Positions 26,516-39,368 of a stretch of 64,000 nucleotides of DNA are shown in pieces. The DNA lies in NCBI RefSeq assembly GCF_032444005.1, contig NC_091288.1, forward strand, positions 201,748,001-201,812,000, read 5' to 3'. This stretch comes from Ranitomeya imitator. Taxonomy: Eukaryota. The first letter of the stretch is position 1, and every line of letters begins with the position of its first letter. The position numbers and the translations under genes are program-made. The notes beneath the pieces were generated by a model. The model searched no databases. It had not been told where the DNA came from and saw only the letters and a list, made by a program, of their open reading frames with translations.

Positions 26516-28796
26516 TTTTTATTCAGTCTCCCATGACAGCACCATGAGAGAGGGGATCCGCCCTTCGGGGACAGGAAACCTACAGACATAAAAGGGTGTC
26601 ACCTCTCTCCCTCATCAGTCGGTTGCCTGTCCCTGACGGGAACTCCTTCAGACGTACCTCGTGAAGACAGATGACGTGCCCAGTCCTTGCAGGCCGGTCC
26701 TGGTAGCAGGGGTCCCTTGCCTTGGCCTGTCCAGTGCGCTGGAAGCGCCACACACCAGGGGTACTGCTTATGTAGGCTGACAGCAGAGGGAAGCAGCCTT
26801 CAGGAGGGGTGCTGCCTTCATGGTGGCCCATCGCCGCAGGTACTATTAAGTATTAGCTGTCTCCTGTAGTGTGCGATCCGGAGGCGGTAGACAGCGCAGA
26901 CCCCGGGGCTGTGGCGGGGGCACTCGTCTGGACCAATGGGAGGTCCACAATTCAGCTAAGGGTGCGGTTTTGGGGGGGGGGGGGGTGCCCAATAGCAGCA
27001 GCAGCATGCCTTGTAGTACCGGGCAAACCACCCGTATTTTCCTGCTGGCCCCGTCCGGGGGCTGTACCTTTGGGGTATTCAGCTATTTAGGAGACCTACA
27101 GTGGCTAACAAGTGCTTCGAGACCCATTCTTCAATATGGAGTCACCAGAGCAAGAAGTGCAGCAGCACTCGCCAGAGCAGCAGCATCAGCTCTCAGAGAA
27201 GCCCCACGGGAAAGTCTCCCAGCGATGGTCTAGTGGCAGTAGTGTTGGAGATAAAGCCTGACTGAACAAGTCCTCAGGCCATAGAGATATATCACCGGCT
27301 GGAAATGATCCCCCAAAGATGATGGTACTTCTCATTACACGTCTTGGGTAATTGATCTACAAGAAAGTTCACTTGGTTATGTACTGTTTTTTTCCTTATG
27401 TTCCCTCTCTCCTTATCTGTCAGGGGAGAAAGTGTTCAGCCAATGCTAAGCACAGAGAGTGTGCTAAGTGCGGAGTTCCACTTCCGGATGGCCATGAAAG
27501 GAAACTATGCAGGCTTTGTATACAACATTTAGTAGCAGAGGAGACGCCAGACTTTACTTCCAGCCTGAGGGACATGGTCAGACAAGAAGTCAGGAGTTCA
27601 GTTAAATCCTTATCCCAGGAGTTAGAATTCAAGGGAAAAGAGCCCAGATCCCCCATTTCAATTTCGGAGACTAACTCGGGAGAGCTAAGGTCAGACTTAT
27701 CCTCGTCATCTTTAGTAGTCGGATCAAGTTGTTCCTGTTTCTGCTTGATCAGGTAAATCGACTTGTAAAAGTAGAAAAGAGTACCATTGAGGAACCCTGG
27801 TCAGAATGCTCCATGCATGACATGATGTTTAAGGGGCTAGACCGGAAAGCTCGTAGATCCTTTTCCCGTAGTTGATAAAATAAGCTCTCTGATTACACGT
27901 GAATGGAAAAAGCCCAAGAGGAAGGGTTGTCTACCACCAGCCTTTAAAAAAAGGTACCCATTCAAGGAGGCAGCATCATCCTCTTGTGATAAAGCCCCAA
28001 AGCTGGACACGGCGGTCGCCAAGCCGTGTAAAAGAAGCCTCTCTACCATTTAAGGAATTATGGAGTTTGAAAGACCCGCAAGATAGAAAGCCTGACGTGT
28101 TTCTAAAGGGTACTTGGGAAACGTCGGCAGGGTCCCTTAGGCCAGCAATTGCAGCCACTTGCACAGCACGGTCACTAATGGTATGGCTAGACTGCCTGGA
28201 GGAGCAGCTTAGGGACAAAGTCTCTAGAGATGAGATCCTATCCTCCCTTCCTATGATCCAGGGAGCGGCGGCATTTCTTTAGGATGCGTCGGCAGACTCT
28301 GTAAATTTAGCTGCCAGATCATCTGCGCTTTCCAACGTGGCCTGCCCGAGCCTTGTGGCTGAAATGCTGGCCAGGAGACATGCAAGCCAGATCAAAACTA
28401 TGCGGCATTCCATGTGAAGGGGTACATTTATTTTGCTTAGTACTCGAACTGTTAGAGAAAGCGGCCGATAGTAAAAAAAATGATTCCCTTATCTGGGAAT
28501 ACCCTCATACAGGCGGGACTAAAATAGAGGGTGGTTCAACTGTACAAGGTCGACCAGGGAGAATACCAGATACTACAATAACAAGAAGAAAGGTGGAAGA
28601 TATATGTTCAATTCCTTTCGTAACCACAGAAAACCACAATGACTGCCGGACTAGGTGGGAGGCAGGCTTTCAGCCTTCTACCCTGCCTGGTTAAGTATTT
28701 CAAACAGCTCATGGATTCTCACTGTTATCAAAATGGGGCAAAAATATGAATTTCAGAGGACACCTCAGGATAAATTTTTCCTAACTCCCATCCGTT
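26516..28796 (+). mobile_element. DIRS1-like retrotransposon, 5' portion (terminal repeat, gag, start of RT), degenerate
   Basis: CxxC..CxxC (CAKCGVPLPDGHERKLCRLC), EWKKP, LKDPQDRK, LWLKCWPGD gag-like segments, then GGRLSAF RT start. Confidence 0.75.
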
Positions 28797-29640
28797 ATGC
28801 AGGCTGAAAGGTGGCAGATGAGGTTTAACAATGATAAATGTACGGTTATGCACATAGGAAGAAGGAATCAATATCACCATTACACGCTGAACGGGAAACC
28901 ACTGGGTAAATCTGACAGGGAGAAGGACTTGGGGATCCTAGTTAATGATAAACTTACCTGGAGCAGCCAGTGCCAGGCAGCAGCTGCCAAGGCAAACAGG
29001 ATCATGGGGTGCATTAAAAGAGGTCTGGATACACATGATGAGAGCATTATACTGCCTCTGTACAAATCCCTAGTTAGACCGCACATGGCGTACTGTGTCC
29101 AGTTTTGGGCACCGGTGCTCAGGAAGGATATAATGGAACTAGAGAGAGTACAAAGGAGGGCAACAAGATTAATAAAGGGAATGGGAGAACTACAATACCC
29201 AGATAGATTAGCGAAATTAGGATTATTTAGTCTAGCAAAAAGACGACTGAGGGGCGATCTAATAACCATGTATAAGTATATAAGGGGACAATACAAATAT
29301 CTCGCTGAGGATCTGTTTATACCAAGGAAGGTGGCGGGCACAAGGGGGCATTCTTTGCGTCTGGAAGAGAGAAGGTTTTTCCACCAACATAGAAGAGGAT
29401 TCTTTACTGTTAGGGCAGTGAGAATCTGGAATTGCTTGCCTGAAGAGGTGGTGATGGCGAACTCAGTCGTGGGGTTCAAGAGAGGCCTGATTGTCTTCCT
29501 GGAGCAGAACAATATTATATCATACAATTATTAGGTTCTGTAGAAGGACGTAGATCTGGGGATTTATTATGATGGCATATAGGCTGAACTGGATGGACAA
29601 ATGTCTTTTTTCGGCCTTACTAACTATGTTACTATGTTAC
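28797..29640 (+). mobile_element. CR1 3' fragment (same young family as 14302-17258)
   Basis: 245-aa ORF nearly identical to the C-terminus of the 926-aa ORF; (ACTATGTT)n tail. Confidence 0.95.
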
Positions 29641-30019
29641 ATAGTTATTAATGTTGAAGGAAGACTTTAAGGCTGGTTTCACATTTGCGTTTTTTGCCGC
29701 TGCGTTTAAACGCATGCGTTTTATTTTTCCTATATTTAACATTAAAAACGCATGCATTTTTTTTGTACGCGTTTGGCTGCGTTTGACGACACATGCGTTG
29801 TTTCTATGCTTGTGTTTTTTTTTTTCGGAAATGCAACATGTAGTAATTTCTAGAGGAGTTTTTTTGCCGCAAAAAAACATATTGCTGTCTATGTAAACAC
29901 ATGCGTTTTTAAGCACATGCGTTTGGTTGCGTTTTTAAACGCATGCGTTTCAATAGAAAAAAAACAAGTCTACACACTGATAAGCCACCCCCCACCATCA
30001 AGGTGATAAAGGGATCAAA

Positions 30020-30352
30020 ACCCTAACCCTAGCCCTAACCCTACCCCTAAGGATCCAAACCCTAACCCTACCCCTAACCATAACCCTAGGGATCCAAACC
30101 CTAGCCATAACCATAACCCTAGGGATCCAAACCCTAACCCTAGCCCTAACCCTTGCCCTAACCCTACCTCTAACCCTAGGGATCCAAACCCTAACCCTAG
30201 CCCTAACCCTACCCCTAAGGCTAGGGATCCAAACCCTAACCCTACCCCTAACCCTAGGGATCCAAACCCTAACCCTAGCCCTAACCCTTGCCCTAACCCT
30301 ACCTCTAACCCTAGGGATCCAAACCCTAACCCTAGCCCTAACCCTACCCCTA
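30020..30352. repeat. Degenerate (CCCTAA)n telomere-like block
   Basis: CCCTAA/CCCTAG/CCCTAC hexamers punctuated by GGGATCCAAA. Confidence 0.85.
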
Positions 30353-31109
30353 AGGCTAGTTTCACATTTGCGTTTAAAAACACAGCGTTTAAAACGCATC
30401 TGCGGGTGGTGAAAAAACGCATGTAAACGCATACAAACGCTGCGGTTTCGTATGCGGTAAAAAAATTATGCGTTTTTATGCGTTTACATGCGTTTTTTCC
30501 TGCGTTTGCGTTTTTGATACGCATGATGAGAAATTTCACAAGAGAAAAATCAAGATCCAGACACCGCCAATGGGACTACAGAGGGCGTGTGACATGACTC
30601 TGTGGACCAAAATATGGAAAAATTGTAGCTCTCAAAATGTGGTAACGCAAAAAATATTTTTTGGAATAAAAAGCGTCTTTAGTGTGTGACATCTGACAAT
30701 CATAAAAATCAACTAGAAAACCCACTATAAATTGAAATGGCTATGGTTAGGATTAGGGTTAGGCTGGTTTCACATTTGTGTTTTTTGCCGCAGTGTTTGT
30801 ACCACATATAAACGCATGCGTCGTGTTTTTCTATATTTAACATTAAAAACGCATGTGTTTTTTTGTTCTCGTTTTGCCGCGTTTGACGACGCATGCGTCT
30901 TTTTGTCGCTTGCGGCTTGGCGCGGAAATGCAACATGTAGTAATTTCTAGAGGTGTCGCCAGGAAACACATGCGTTCGATTGTGCACGGTTTGCGTAAAA
31001 AAAAAGCATTGCTGTCTATGTAAACACATGCATTTTTAAGCACATGCGTTTGGTTGTGTTTTTGAACGCATGCGTTTCAATAGAGAAAAACAAGTCTAGA
31101 CACTGCTAA

Positions 31110-31693
31110 GCCACCCCCCCACCATCAAGGTGATAAAGGGATCCAAACCTTAACCCTAACCCACCATCAAGGTGATAAAGTGATCCAAGCCCTAACTCTA
31201 AACCTAACATTAACCCTAGCCATAAGCCACCATCAAGGTGATAAAGGGATCCAAAACCTAACCCTAGTCCTAGCTCTAACCCTAAGCCACCATCAAGGTG
31301 ATAAAGGGATCCAAACCCTAACCCTAGCCCTAACCATAACCCTAGCCCTAACCCTATCCCTAACCCTAAGTCACCATGAAGGTGATAAAGGGATCCAAAC
31401 CTTAACCCTAACCCACCATCAAGGTGATAAAGTGATCCAAACCCTAACTCTAAACCTAACACTAACCCTAGCCATAAGCCACCATCAAGGTGATAAAGGG
31501 ATCCAAAACCTAACCCTAGTCCTAGCTCTAACCCTAAGCCACCATCAAGGTGATAAAGGGATCCAAACCCTAACCCTAACCCTAGCCCTAACCATAACCC
31601 TAGCCCTAACCCTAACCCTATCCCTAACCCTAAGTCACCATGAAGGTGATAAAGGGATCCAAACTCTAACCCTAACCCTAGCCCTAACCCTAA
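31110..31693. repeat. Degenerate (CCCTAA)n telomere-like block with higher-order unit
   Basis: CCACCATCAAGGTGATAAAGGGATCCAAA alternating with CCCTAA runs. Confidence 0.85.
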
Positions 31694-32244
31694 TGGGGAA
31701 ATGGAAATAAATACATTTTTTTAATGTTTACATTATTCCCTAACTAAAAGGAGTTGATGAAGGGGGTTTGATTTCTATTTATAAGGGGTTTTCTAGTGGA
31801 TTTTTATGATTGGCAGCTGTCACACACTGAAAGACGCTTTTTATTCCAAAAAATATTTTTGGCATTACCACATTTTGAGAGCTACAATTTTTACATATTT
31901 TGGTCCACAGAGTCATGTGAGGTCTTGTTTTTTGCGGGAGGAGTTGACATTTTTATCGGTAACATTTTCAGGCACGTGACATTTTTGATTGCTTTTTATT
32001 CCGATTTTTGTGAAGCAGAATGAACAAAAGCCAGCTTGTGAAATTTCTCATCATGCGTACCAAAAGCCCAAACGCAGGAAAAAACGCATGTAAACGCGTA
32101 CAAACACGGCGTTTTTTTAACCGCATGCGGCAACGCATGCTTAAAAAACGCAGCGTTTGTACGCATTTACATGCGTTTTTTTCACCACTTGCAGAAGCGT
32201 TTTAAACGCTGCAGATTTAAACGCAAATGTGAAACCAGCCGGTG

Positions 32245-34790
32245 GTGTGTTTCAATGTCTGACAGCCACCGAGGTGCGTTTTGATATCCAATAGCCGTGG
32301 CAGTGCATTTCGAGGTTCGACAGCTACAGCAGTGCGTTTTGAGTTCCGACGGCCACTGTGGCGCATTTCGAGGTCTACGAGACGCAGAGATGCGTAATCG
32401 AGGTCAGACAGCCACGGCGGTGCATTTTGAGGTCCAACAGACGTGCAGGTCCATTTTGAGGTCTGACAGCCGCAGTGACACGTTTTGAGGTCTGACAGCC
32501 AAGACACTGTTTTTTGAGTCCCGACAGCCGCGGCAGAGCACTTCGAGATCTGACAGCAGAGACAGTGCGTTTCAAGGTACAACAGCCGCAGCAGCACATA
32601 AGTACAGCAGCCGTGGTTGCACTTTTTGATGTCCGACAGACGCAGAGGTGCGTTTCGCTGATGCACATTTCAAAGTCCGATAGCAACAGAGGTGTGTTTC
32701 AAAATACAACAGCCACAGCGGCGCATTTCAAGGTCCGAAAGCCGCGGAGGTACATTTTGAGGTCCAACAGCCTCAGTGTCGTGTTTCATGGTCCAACAGC
32801 CGAAGAGTTACATTTTGAGGTCTGACAGCTGCAGTGTCCTGTTTCAAGGTCAAAAACCACAGCAGTGCATTTCAATATACAACAGCCGCAGGGATGCGCT
32901 TCAAGGTCCGACAGCCACATAGGTGCATTTCTAGGCTCGACAGCCGCGCCAACACGTTTCCAGGTCCGACAGCCGTGGCGGTATGTTTCAATGTCCTACA
33001 GCAATGGAGGTGCATTTCTAGGTTCGATAGCAGCGGCGACACATTACAAGGTCCGACAGCCGCAGCAGCAGGCGGTGGATTTCAATGTCCGACATCCGCA
33101 ATGGTGCATTTCTAGGTCTCTAGCTAGGCAGCTGTGGTTGTGCTTTTTGAGATTCGACAGCTGTGGTGGCGTTTTTCGACTTCCGACAGCCACAGGGAAG
33201 CGTTTTGAGTTCTGACAGCCACAGGGAAGCGTTTTGAGGTCCGGCAGCCAAGACAACGCGGTTTGAGGTCCGACAGCTGCGGCGGTGCGTTTAGAGGTCC
33301 GACAGCTGCCGCGGTGCTTATTGAGGTCCGACAGTCGTGCAGGACCATTTTGAGGTCAGGCAGCTGCGATGGCGCGTTTCGACATCCGACACCCACGAAG
33401 GTCTGTTTTGAGGTCAGACAGCCACGGAGGTGTGTTTCGAGGTCCGACAGCCGCAGCGTGTTTTGAGGTCCGACAGCTGTGGCAGCCGCAATCGCATATG
33501 TGAATTTTGATTTCTGACAGCTGCGATGGTGCGTTTCAAGGTCCGACAGCAGCGGGTGCACATTTTGAAGTACGACAGCGGCGGTTGCGCTTTTCGGGGT
33601 CCAACAGCCACAGAGGTGCATTTCGATGTCTGACAGCCGCAGTGATGCATTTTGAGGTCCGACAGTCGCCACAACGCATTTTAAGGTCAGACAGCTGCCG
33701 TGGTGCGTTTTGAGGTCAGACAGCCGCAGATATGCGTTTTAACCAACAGCCGCGGCGGCGCGCTTCAAGATCTAGCAGTACAGTGAGTTTCAATGTACAA
33801 CAGCCGCAGCAGCGCTTTTTGAAGTACGACAGCTGTGGTTGCACATTTCAAGGTCCGACAACCGCGGAGGTGGGTTTTGATCTCCAACATCCGCTGCTGC
33901 ATGTTTTGAAGTCCGACAGCCACGGAGGTGCTCTTCGAGGTCCGACAGCTGTGACGGTGCATTTCGAGGTCTGAAAGCCATGGAGGTGCATTTCGATGTC
34001 CGACAGCCGTTTGGATGCGTTTTGAGGTCCGACAGCCACAGCGGCGTGGTTTGAGGTCCAACAGCCACAGAGGTAAGTTTCCAGGTCCGACAGCAATGGC
34101 GGCGTGGTTTGAGGTCCGACAGCCACAGAAGTGCGATTCGAGGTCCGACAGCCACGGAGGTGCGTTTCGATGTCCGACAGCGGCAGGGATGCAATTGGAG
34201 GTCCAACAACTGCAGCAGCGCTTTTTGATGTCTGACAGCCGAGGCGGTGCGATTCGACGTCCGACAGTTGTGGTGGTGTTTTCAAGATCCAACAACCTTG
34301 CTACGTTACGAGGTTCAACTGCCGTGTAGGTGCATTTCGATGTCTGACAGCCGTGGTGGTGCGATTCGAAGTTCGATAGCCGTGCCAGTGCGTTTTGTGG
34401 TCCGACAGCAGCAGAGATGCGTTTCAAAGTCCGACAGCCTCGGAGGTGCGTTACGATGTCCGACAGCCGCATAGGTGCATTTTGATGTCCGACAGTCGCA
34501 TAGTGAATTTCGATTTCTGACAGCTGCAAAGGCGCATTTCAAGGTCCCACAGCAGCGGGTGCACGTTTCGAGGTACGACAGCGGCGGCTGCGCGTTTCGG
34601 GGTCCAGCAGCCACATAGGTGCATTTCGATGTACGACAGCTGCATGGATGCGTTTTGAGGTCCGACAGTCGCGGTGGTGCGTATTGAGGTCAGACAGCCG
34701 CGGCGGTGCGTATTGAGGTCAGACAGCCGCGGCGGTGCGTATTGAGGTCAGACAGCCGCGGCGGTGCATATTGAGGTCAGACAGCCACAG
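32245..34790. repeat. ~31-bp degenerate satellite (core TTTGAGGTCCGACAGCCGC)
   Basis: Dozens of diverged tandem units; relics also at ~35250-35345 and ~56420-56610. Confidence 0.9.
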
Positions 34791-36171
34791 AGACGCATTT
34801 TACCCTAATTAATGACAGCGGATACGTCTTTTAACTGACCTGAGATATAAGAGAATAGCCTCCACATACAGGTGACAATCCAGCAGCTGTCGGCTGGTAC
34901 ACTATAGCTGACAACTTGCTGTATCAGCCATGATCACAGTTTGCACCATCCAAATCTGTTTAACCCCTTAGATGCTTCTGTCAATAGTTACTATTTCATT
35001 ATAAATGGTTAACAAAGTATGAGGGCTTCCTCTTTATCCCAATTGGTGCCCTCAGATCATGATTTTGTGGTCCTGATGTTTGCCATAGCTATTCACGACC
35101 AAATAGTGACCTTAGAGCCTGACAGCTATAGTAATCTAGAGACATTTAGGTGGTAAAAATGCACATTTTCATTTGTGTCATGCCACTTTGCATTAATTCC
35201 TGAAAAGCACCTGAAGAGTTAATAAACTGCTTACCGGCTGCGCTTTTCGAAGTAGGACTGTGGCTGCTGCACATTTGAGGTCCGATAGACATGGAAGTGC
35301 ATTTCAATGTTTGACAGCCTCGGAGGCGTGTTTCGAGGTCCTGTCATGTAGATATATCTCCAGTTTGTGCAGTGTATGGGGGGGGGGGGGGGACACAGAT
35401 GGGGGCTTCGCTCCCTGCAGTTCTTGTCCCGTAAATAAAGATCCAGTGTGTGCAGAGTATGGGGGTCACAGGTGTTGGTTCTGTTCCCTACAGCTCCTGT
35501 CCTGTATATGTATATACACCGCGTATACATTGTGTGCAGTGTATGGGGGACACAGCGCTGCCGGGGCCTGGGGTGAAGGTGCCGCATCTGTGGATACTCT
35601 GGAAAAGAAAAGATGCTGGAAAACGGCACGTAAGGAGTTAAACGGGAGAGGAAATACATCCATGTACATCACTGAAGGCTGAGCGTTACCAAGGTTTCTG
35701 CTCATTGTCTGATCACAGAATCCGTTGGTGGGGGGAGGGGGAATTTTAATTTCCCGCTCATAATCTCTGGAGGATTATTACCGGTCACTGCCGATAGCGG
35801 AGATCACAATCCGGTCACACCCGGAACAGCGCGGAGTCCTGTCCTCCAGAGCCGCCGCACACGGGATCGTCCTCCGAGAGAAGGCGCCGTCACTGATGTG
35901 GAGGAGAATCACCCGCCCGGTCCCGATACTCCGGGACCTGCTAACTACATGTAGACCTCAGCGCGGAGTATCAGACACTGAGGAGGGGACATTTCCTGCG
36001 AGCTTGGCAGACGACACTCCCACCTGAGGGGTCTGAGACTTCATGTGGGATTCATCTCCTATTATTCTGTGGATATGTGCACCAACAATGGCGGCAATGG
36101 TGTATGTACCATCAGCCTCATGTGAGGACCCCGAGATAGGCGGCGCCGGCTCTTGTGGTGACGGTGTGGGT

Positions 36172-36187
36172 GGCTCTTAGAAGAGCC
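36172..36187 (-). terminator. Histone 3' stem-loop (H2A copy 1)
   Basis: GGCTCTTCTAAGAGCC followed by ACCCA, and AAGAGCC 17 nt downstream. Confidence 0.95.
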
Positions 36188-36216
36188 TTTGGTTTTGTAG
36201 AGATTGGCGGCAGCGC

Positions 36217-36678
<462 letters not shown>

Positions 36679-37185
36679 TTATATAGTCTGCTGCTCCGCC
36701 CTCCTCTCCTGTCATTGGATGACTCTGAAGCTGGCCAATGGGGAAGAGTCTTGAGGAACCGCCAATGAGCTGCCGAGGGCGGAGCTTATTATTGCTCCTT
36801 GCTCAAATTAGTTTCTCACCCAATAGAAAACGTTCGCTTTGGACAGAATAGATAAGGGGTGAAAACAGATATTTGTCTTGGAGCAGAAGGAAATGCAGAA
36901 ATATTCTGTTGATTTGTAGTTTGCACTTGTTGAATTTGTGTCTACTATCAGCCATAAATTGCACTGACAGTCTGGTGGGTGAGGGGTTAATCCCTGTCAG
37001 TGCTTCTCCTCCGCTCCATCTGCACAGGAGGCGGCTCCTCACTCACCCGCTTATTACCCTGTGCAGATTCCCTGTGGTGTCCGCGCTGATCCTATCACAG
37101 CCTGACTGAGACAAGTCTCCTATGTTCTGCCCGGAGCCTGATGTGACGCTGCCGGGTCCCGGGTGGGGGAAGTCGCCGCTTCTGT

Positions 37186-37536
37186 ATTGTATGATACAAT
37201 ATTGTTCTGCTCCAGGAAGACATCCAGGCCTCTCTTGAACCCCTCGACTGAGTTCGCCATCACCACCTCCTCAGGCAAGCAATTCCAGATTCTCACCGCC
37301 CTAACAGTAAAGAATCCTCTTCTATGTTGGTGGAAAAACCTTCTCTCCTCCAGACGCAAAGAATGCCCCCTTGTGCCCGTGGCCTTGGTATAAACCTTGG
37401 TATAAACAGATCCTCAGCGAGATATTTCTATTGTCCCCTTATATACTTATACATGGTTATTAGATCGCCCCTCAGTCGTCTTTTTCTAGACTAAATAATC
37501 CTAATTTCGCTAATCTATCTGGGTATTGTAGTTCTC
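37186..37536 (-). mobile_element. Internal CR1 ORF2 fragment lacking its 3' tail
   Basis: Near-identical to 14420-14760; ends in a foldback 37515-37567. Confidence 0.9.
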
Positions 37537-38359
37537 AATAGAATTGTAGTTCTCAATACCCAGATAGTGGTAATGTTCTGAGCAGGGACACTCCGCAATC
37601 TTCTACACATGATCGTACATTTCCCATCACAGAGGGATCTGCTGGGAAGGGCAGAATTGGTCTTCCCTGAAATGTCTCTTGTAGGATACGTCCCTGACCA
37701 GTATATCGTCTCCACAGTACTGATTGTGACGGGAAAGGGACGATCTGATCGTCTCCAGGTCAGGCACACGGGCACATCACAGCATGTGGAGAACACGAAT
37801 CAGTCTCTATATCCATGAGTGGAAACAGGAGCGAATACTGCACCGCTAACCTGGAAATCTGCAGACTCCTGTGTGGGATGTAAGAGAGCAATGATCGCTC
37901 AACACAAGCAGATTTCCCGATATCGGTCCTGGGAGCACGTGTCATATGAAGACAAAGGACGGAAAAAAGCGGGATCTTTAAACTTTTTACCATTGGAAAC
38001 ATTAGCTCCTCCCTCTGCTGATTGGCTGAACACAGGACGGTTAGGGGGGTTTGAATTTCCCGCCGCTTCTAAATGTAATGACGTCATTTACACTGTAAAA
38101 AGAATTCAATTAGGCTCTAGATCAACTCCACCGACCACCACAAATGGCTCCTGTTAACGGAGAAAGGAGAGTAATGAACGAGACCCCAGAATGCCGAGAT
38201 CTGTGCAGCAAGGGGTTAAATAAGTCCCTGAATACACATCAACTCACTGAGCAATGCCCAGATTATTCCTGAGGTTTTCTCACCATCTCCCTCGTCATCA
38301 GACGCAGAGCCCCGGGCGGTGCGATCAGACACCTCGGGGAGACGGGAGAGGACACCGGA

Positions 38360-38458
38360 GCAGTGTGGGTGGCTCTTATAGTGAGGGTGTAGGTGGCTCT
38401 TATAGGGAGGGTGTGGGTGGCTCTTATAGGGAGGGTGTGGGTGGCTCTTAGAAGAGCC
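38360..38458 (-). terminator. H2B 3' stem-loop (38443-38458) followed by three 24-bp repeats of its 3' arm
   Basis: GGCTCTTCTAAGAGCC then (ACCCACACCCTCCCTATAAGAGCC)x3. Confidence 0.9.
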
Positions 38459-38483
38459 TTTGGGGTGAGGAGCGGAGCACGGA

Positions 38484-38768
38484 NNNNNNNNNNNNNNNNN
38501 NNNNNNNNNNNNNNNNNNNNNNNNNNNNNNNNNNNNNNNNNNNNNNNNNNNNNNNNNNNNNNNNNNNNNNNNNNNNNNNNNNNNNNNNNNNNNNNNNNNN
38601 NNNNNNNNNNNNNNNNNNNNNNNNNNNNNNNNNNNNNNNNNNNNNNNNNNNNNNNNNNNNNNNNNNNNNNNNNNNNNNNNNNNNNNNNNNNNNNNNNNNN
38701 NNNNNNNNNNNNNNNNNNNNNNNNNNNNNNNNNNNNNNNNNNNNNNNNNNNNNNNNNNNNNNNNNNNN
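38484..38768. other. Assembly gap covering most of H2B
   Basis: Run of N. Confidence 0.99.
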
Positions 38769-38887
<119 letters not shown>

Positions 38888-38937
38888 TCAGTACAAGTGA
38901 GCAGAATAATGATCCTGCTCCTCCAAGAGCGGAGGAA

Positions 38938-38962
38938 TTTATAGCCCGGCCATGCAGATGAG
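38938..38962 (-). promoter_or_regulatory. H2B promoter: TATA plus one-mismatch octamer
   Basis: CTCATCTGCAT-GGCCGGGC-TATAAA; canonical H2B element is ATTTGCAT. Confidence 0.65.
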
Positions 38963-39303
38963 CACTGCTGTCAGACCGCCGTGCTATTGGGTGATGATGT
39001 CATGTGACCAACGGGAACGTCAGACGCTCCGCCCACTGCAGCTGATTGGTGGTTCTCCAACTGATATTTCGCTTTTCAGCACCCTCCATATAGCGCTGTA
39101 AAACACGTATAATGCTGAATACATCTAAATAGTGCTGTGAAGCGCCATATACCGCAGTGCACCCTCATATAGTGCTCTATGTGTTAATGTAGCTCTGTTT
39201 ACCCTTCATGTGCTGCAGTATACTCCAATATAGTGCTGCTATTCATCTGTATAGTGCAGAGTGCCCCCATATACTGCAACTTACTGACAAATGACTGTGC
39301 CAC

Positions 39304-39354
39304 TTCCAGAGCTCGGCCGTCATGGCCCTGCAGGAGGCCAGCGAGGCTTATCTG
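39304..39354 (+). pseudogene. H3: Histone H3 internal relic ([17 protein letters not shown])
   Basis: 51 nt nearly identical to the H3 genes, opposite orientation. Confidence 0.85.
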
Positions 39355-39368
39355 CTGGGGAGTCTGGG

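Larger units (their letters stand above)
29667..32240. mobile_element. Composite of T2/Kolobok-like MITE units
   Basis: Starts TTAAGGCTGGTTTCACATTTGCG, related starts recur near 30351 and 30760, ends GCAAATGTGAAACCAGCC. Confidence 0.65.

Noticed and set aside
32217-34645. Many overlapping Cys/Arg/Ser-rich ORFs
   Set aside because: Products of the ~31-bp satellite.
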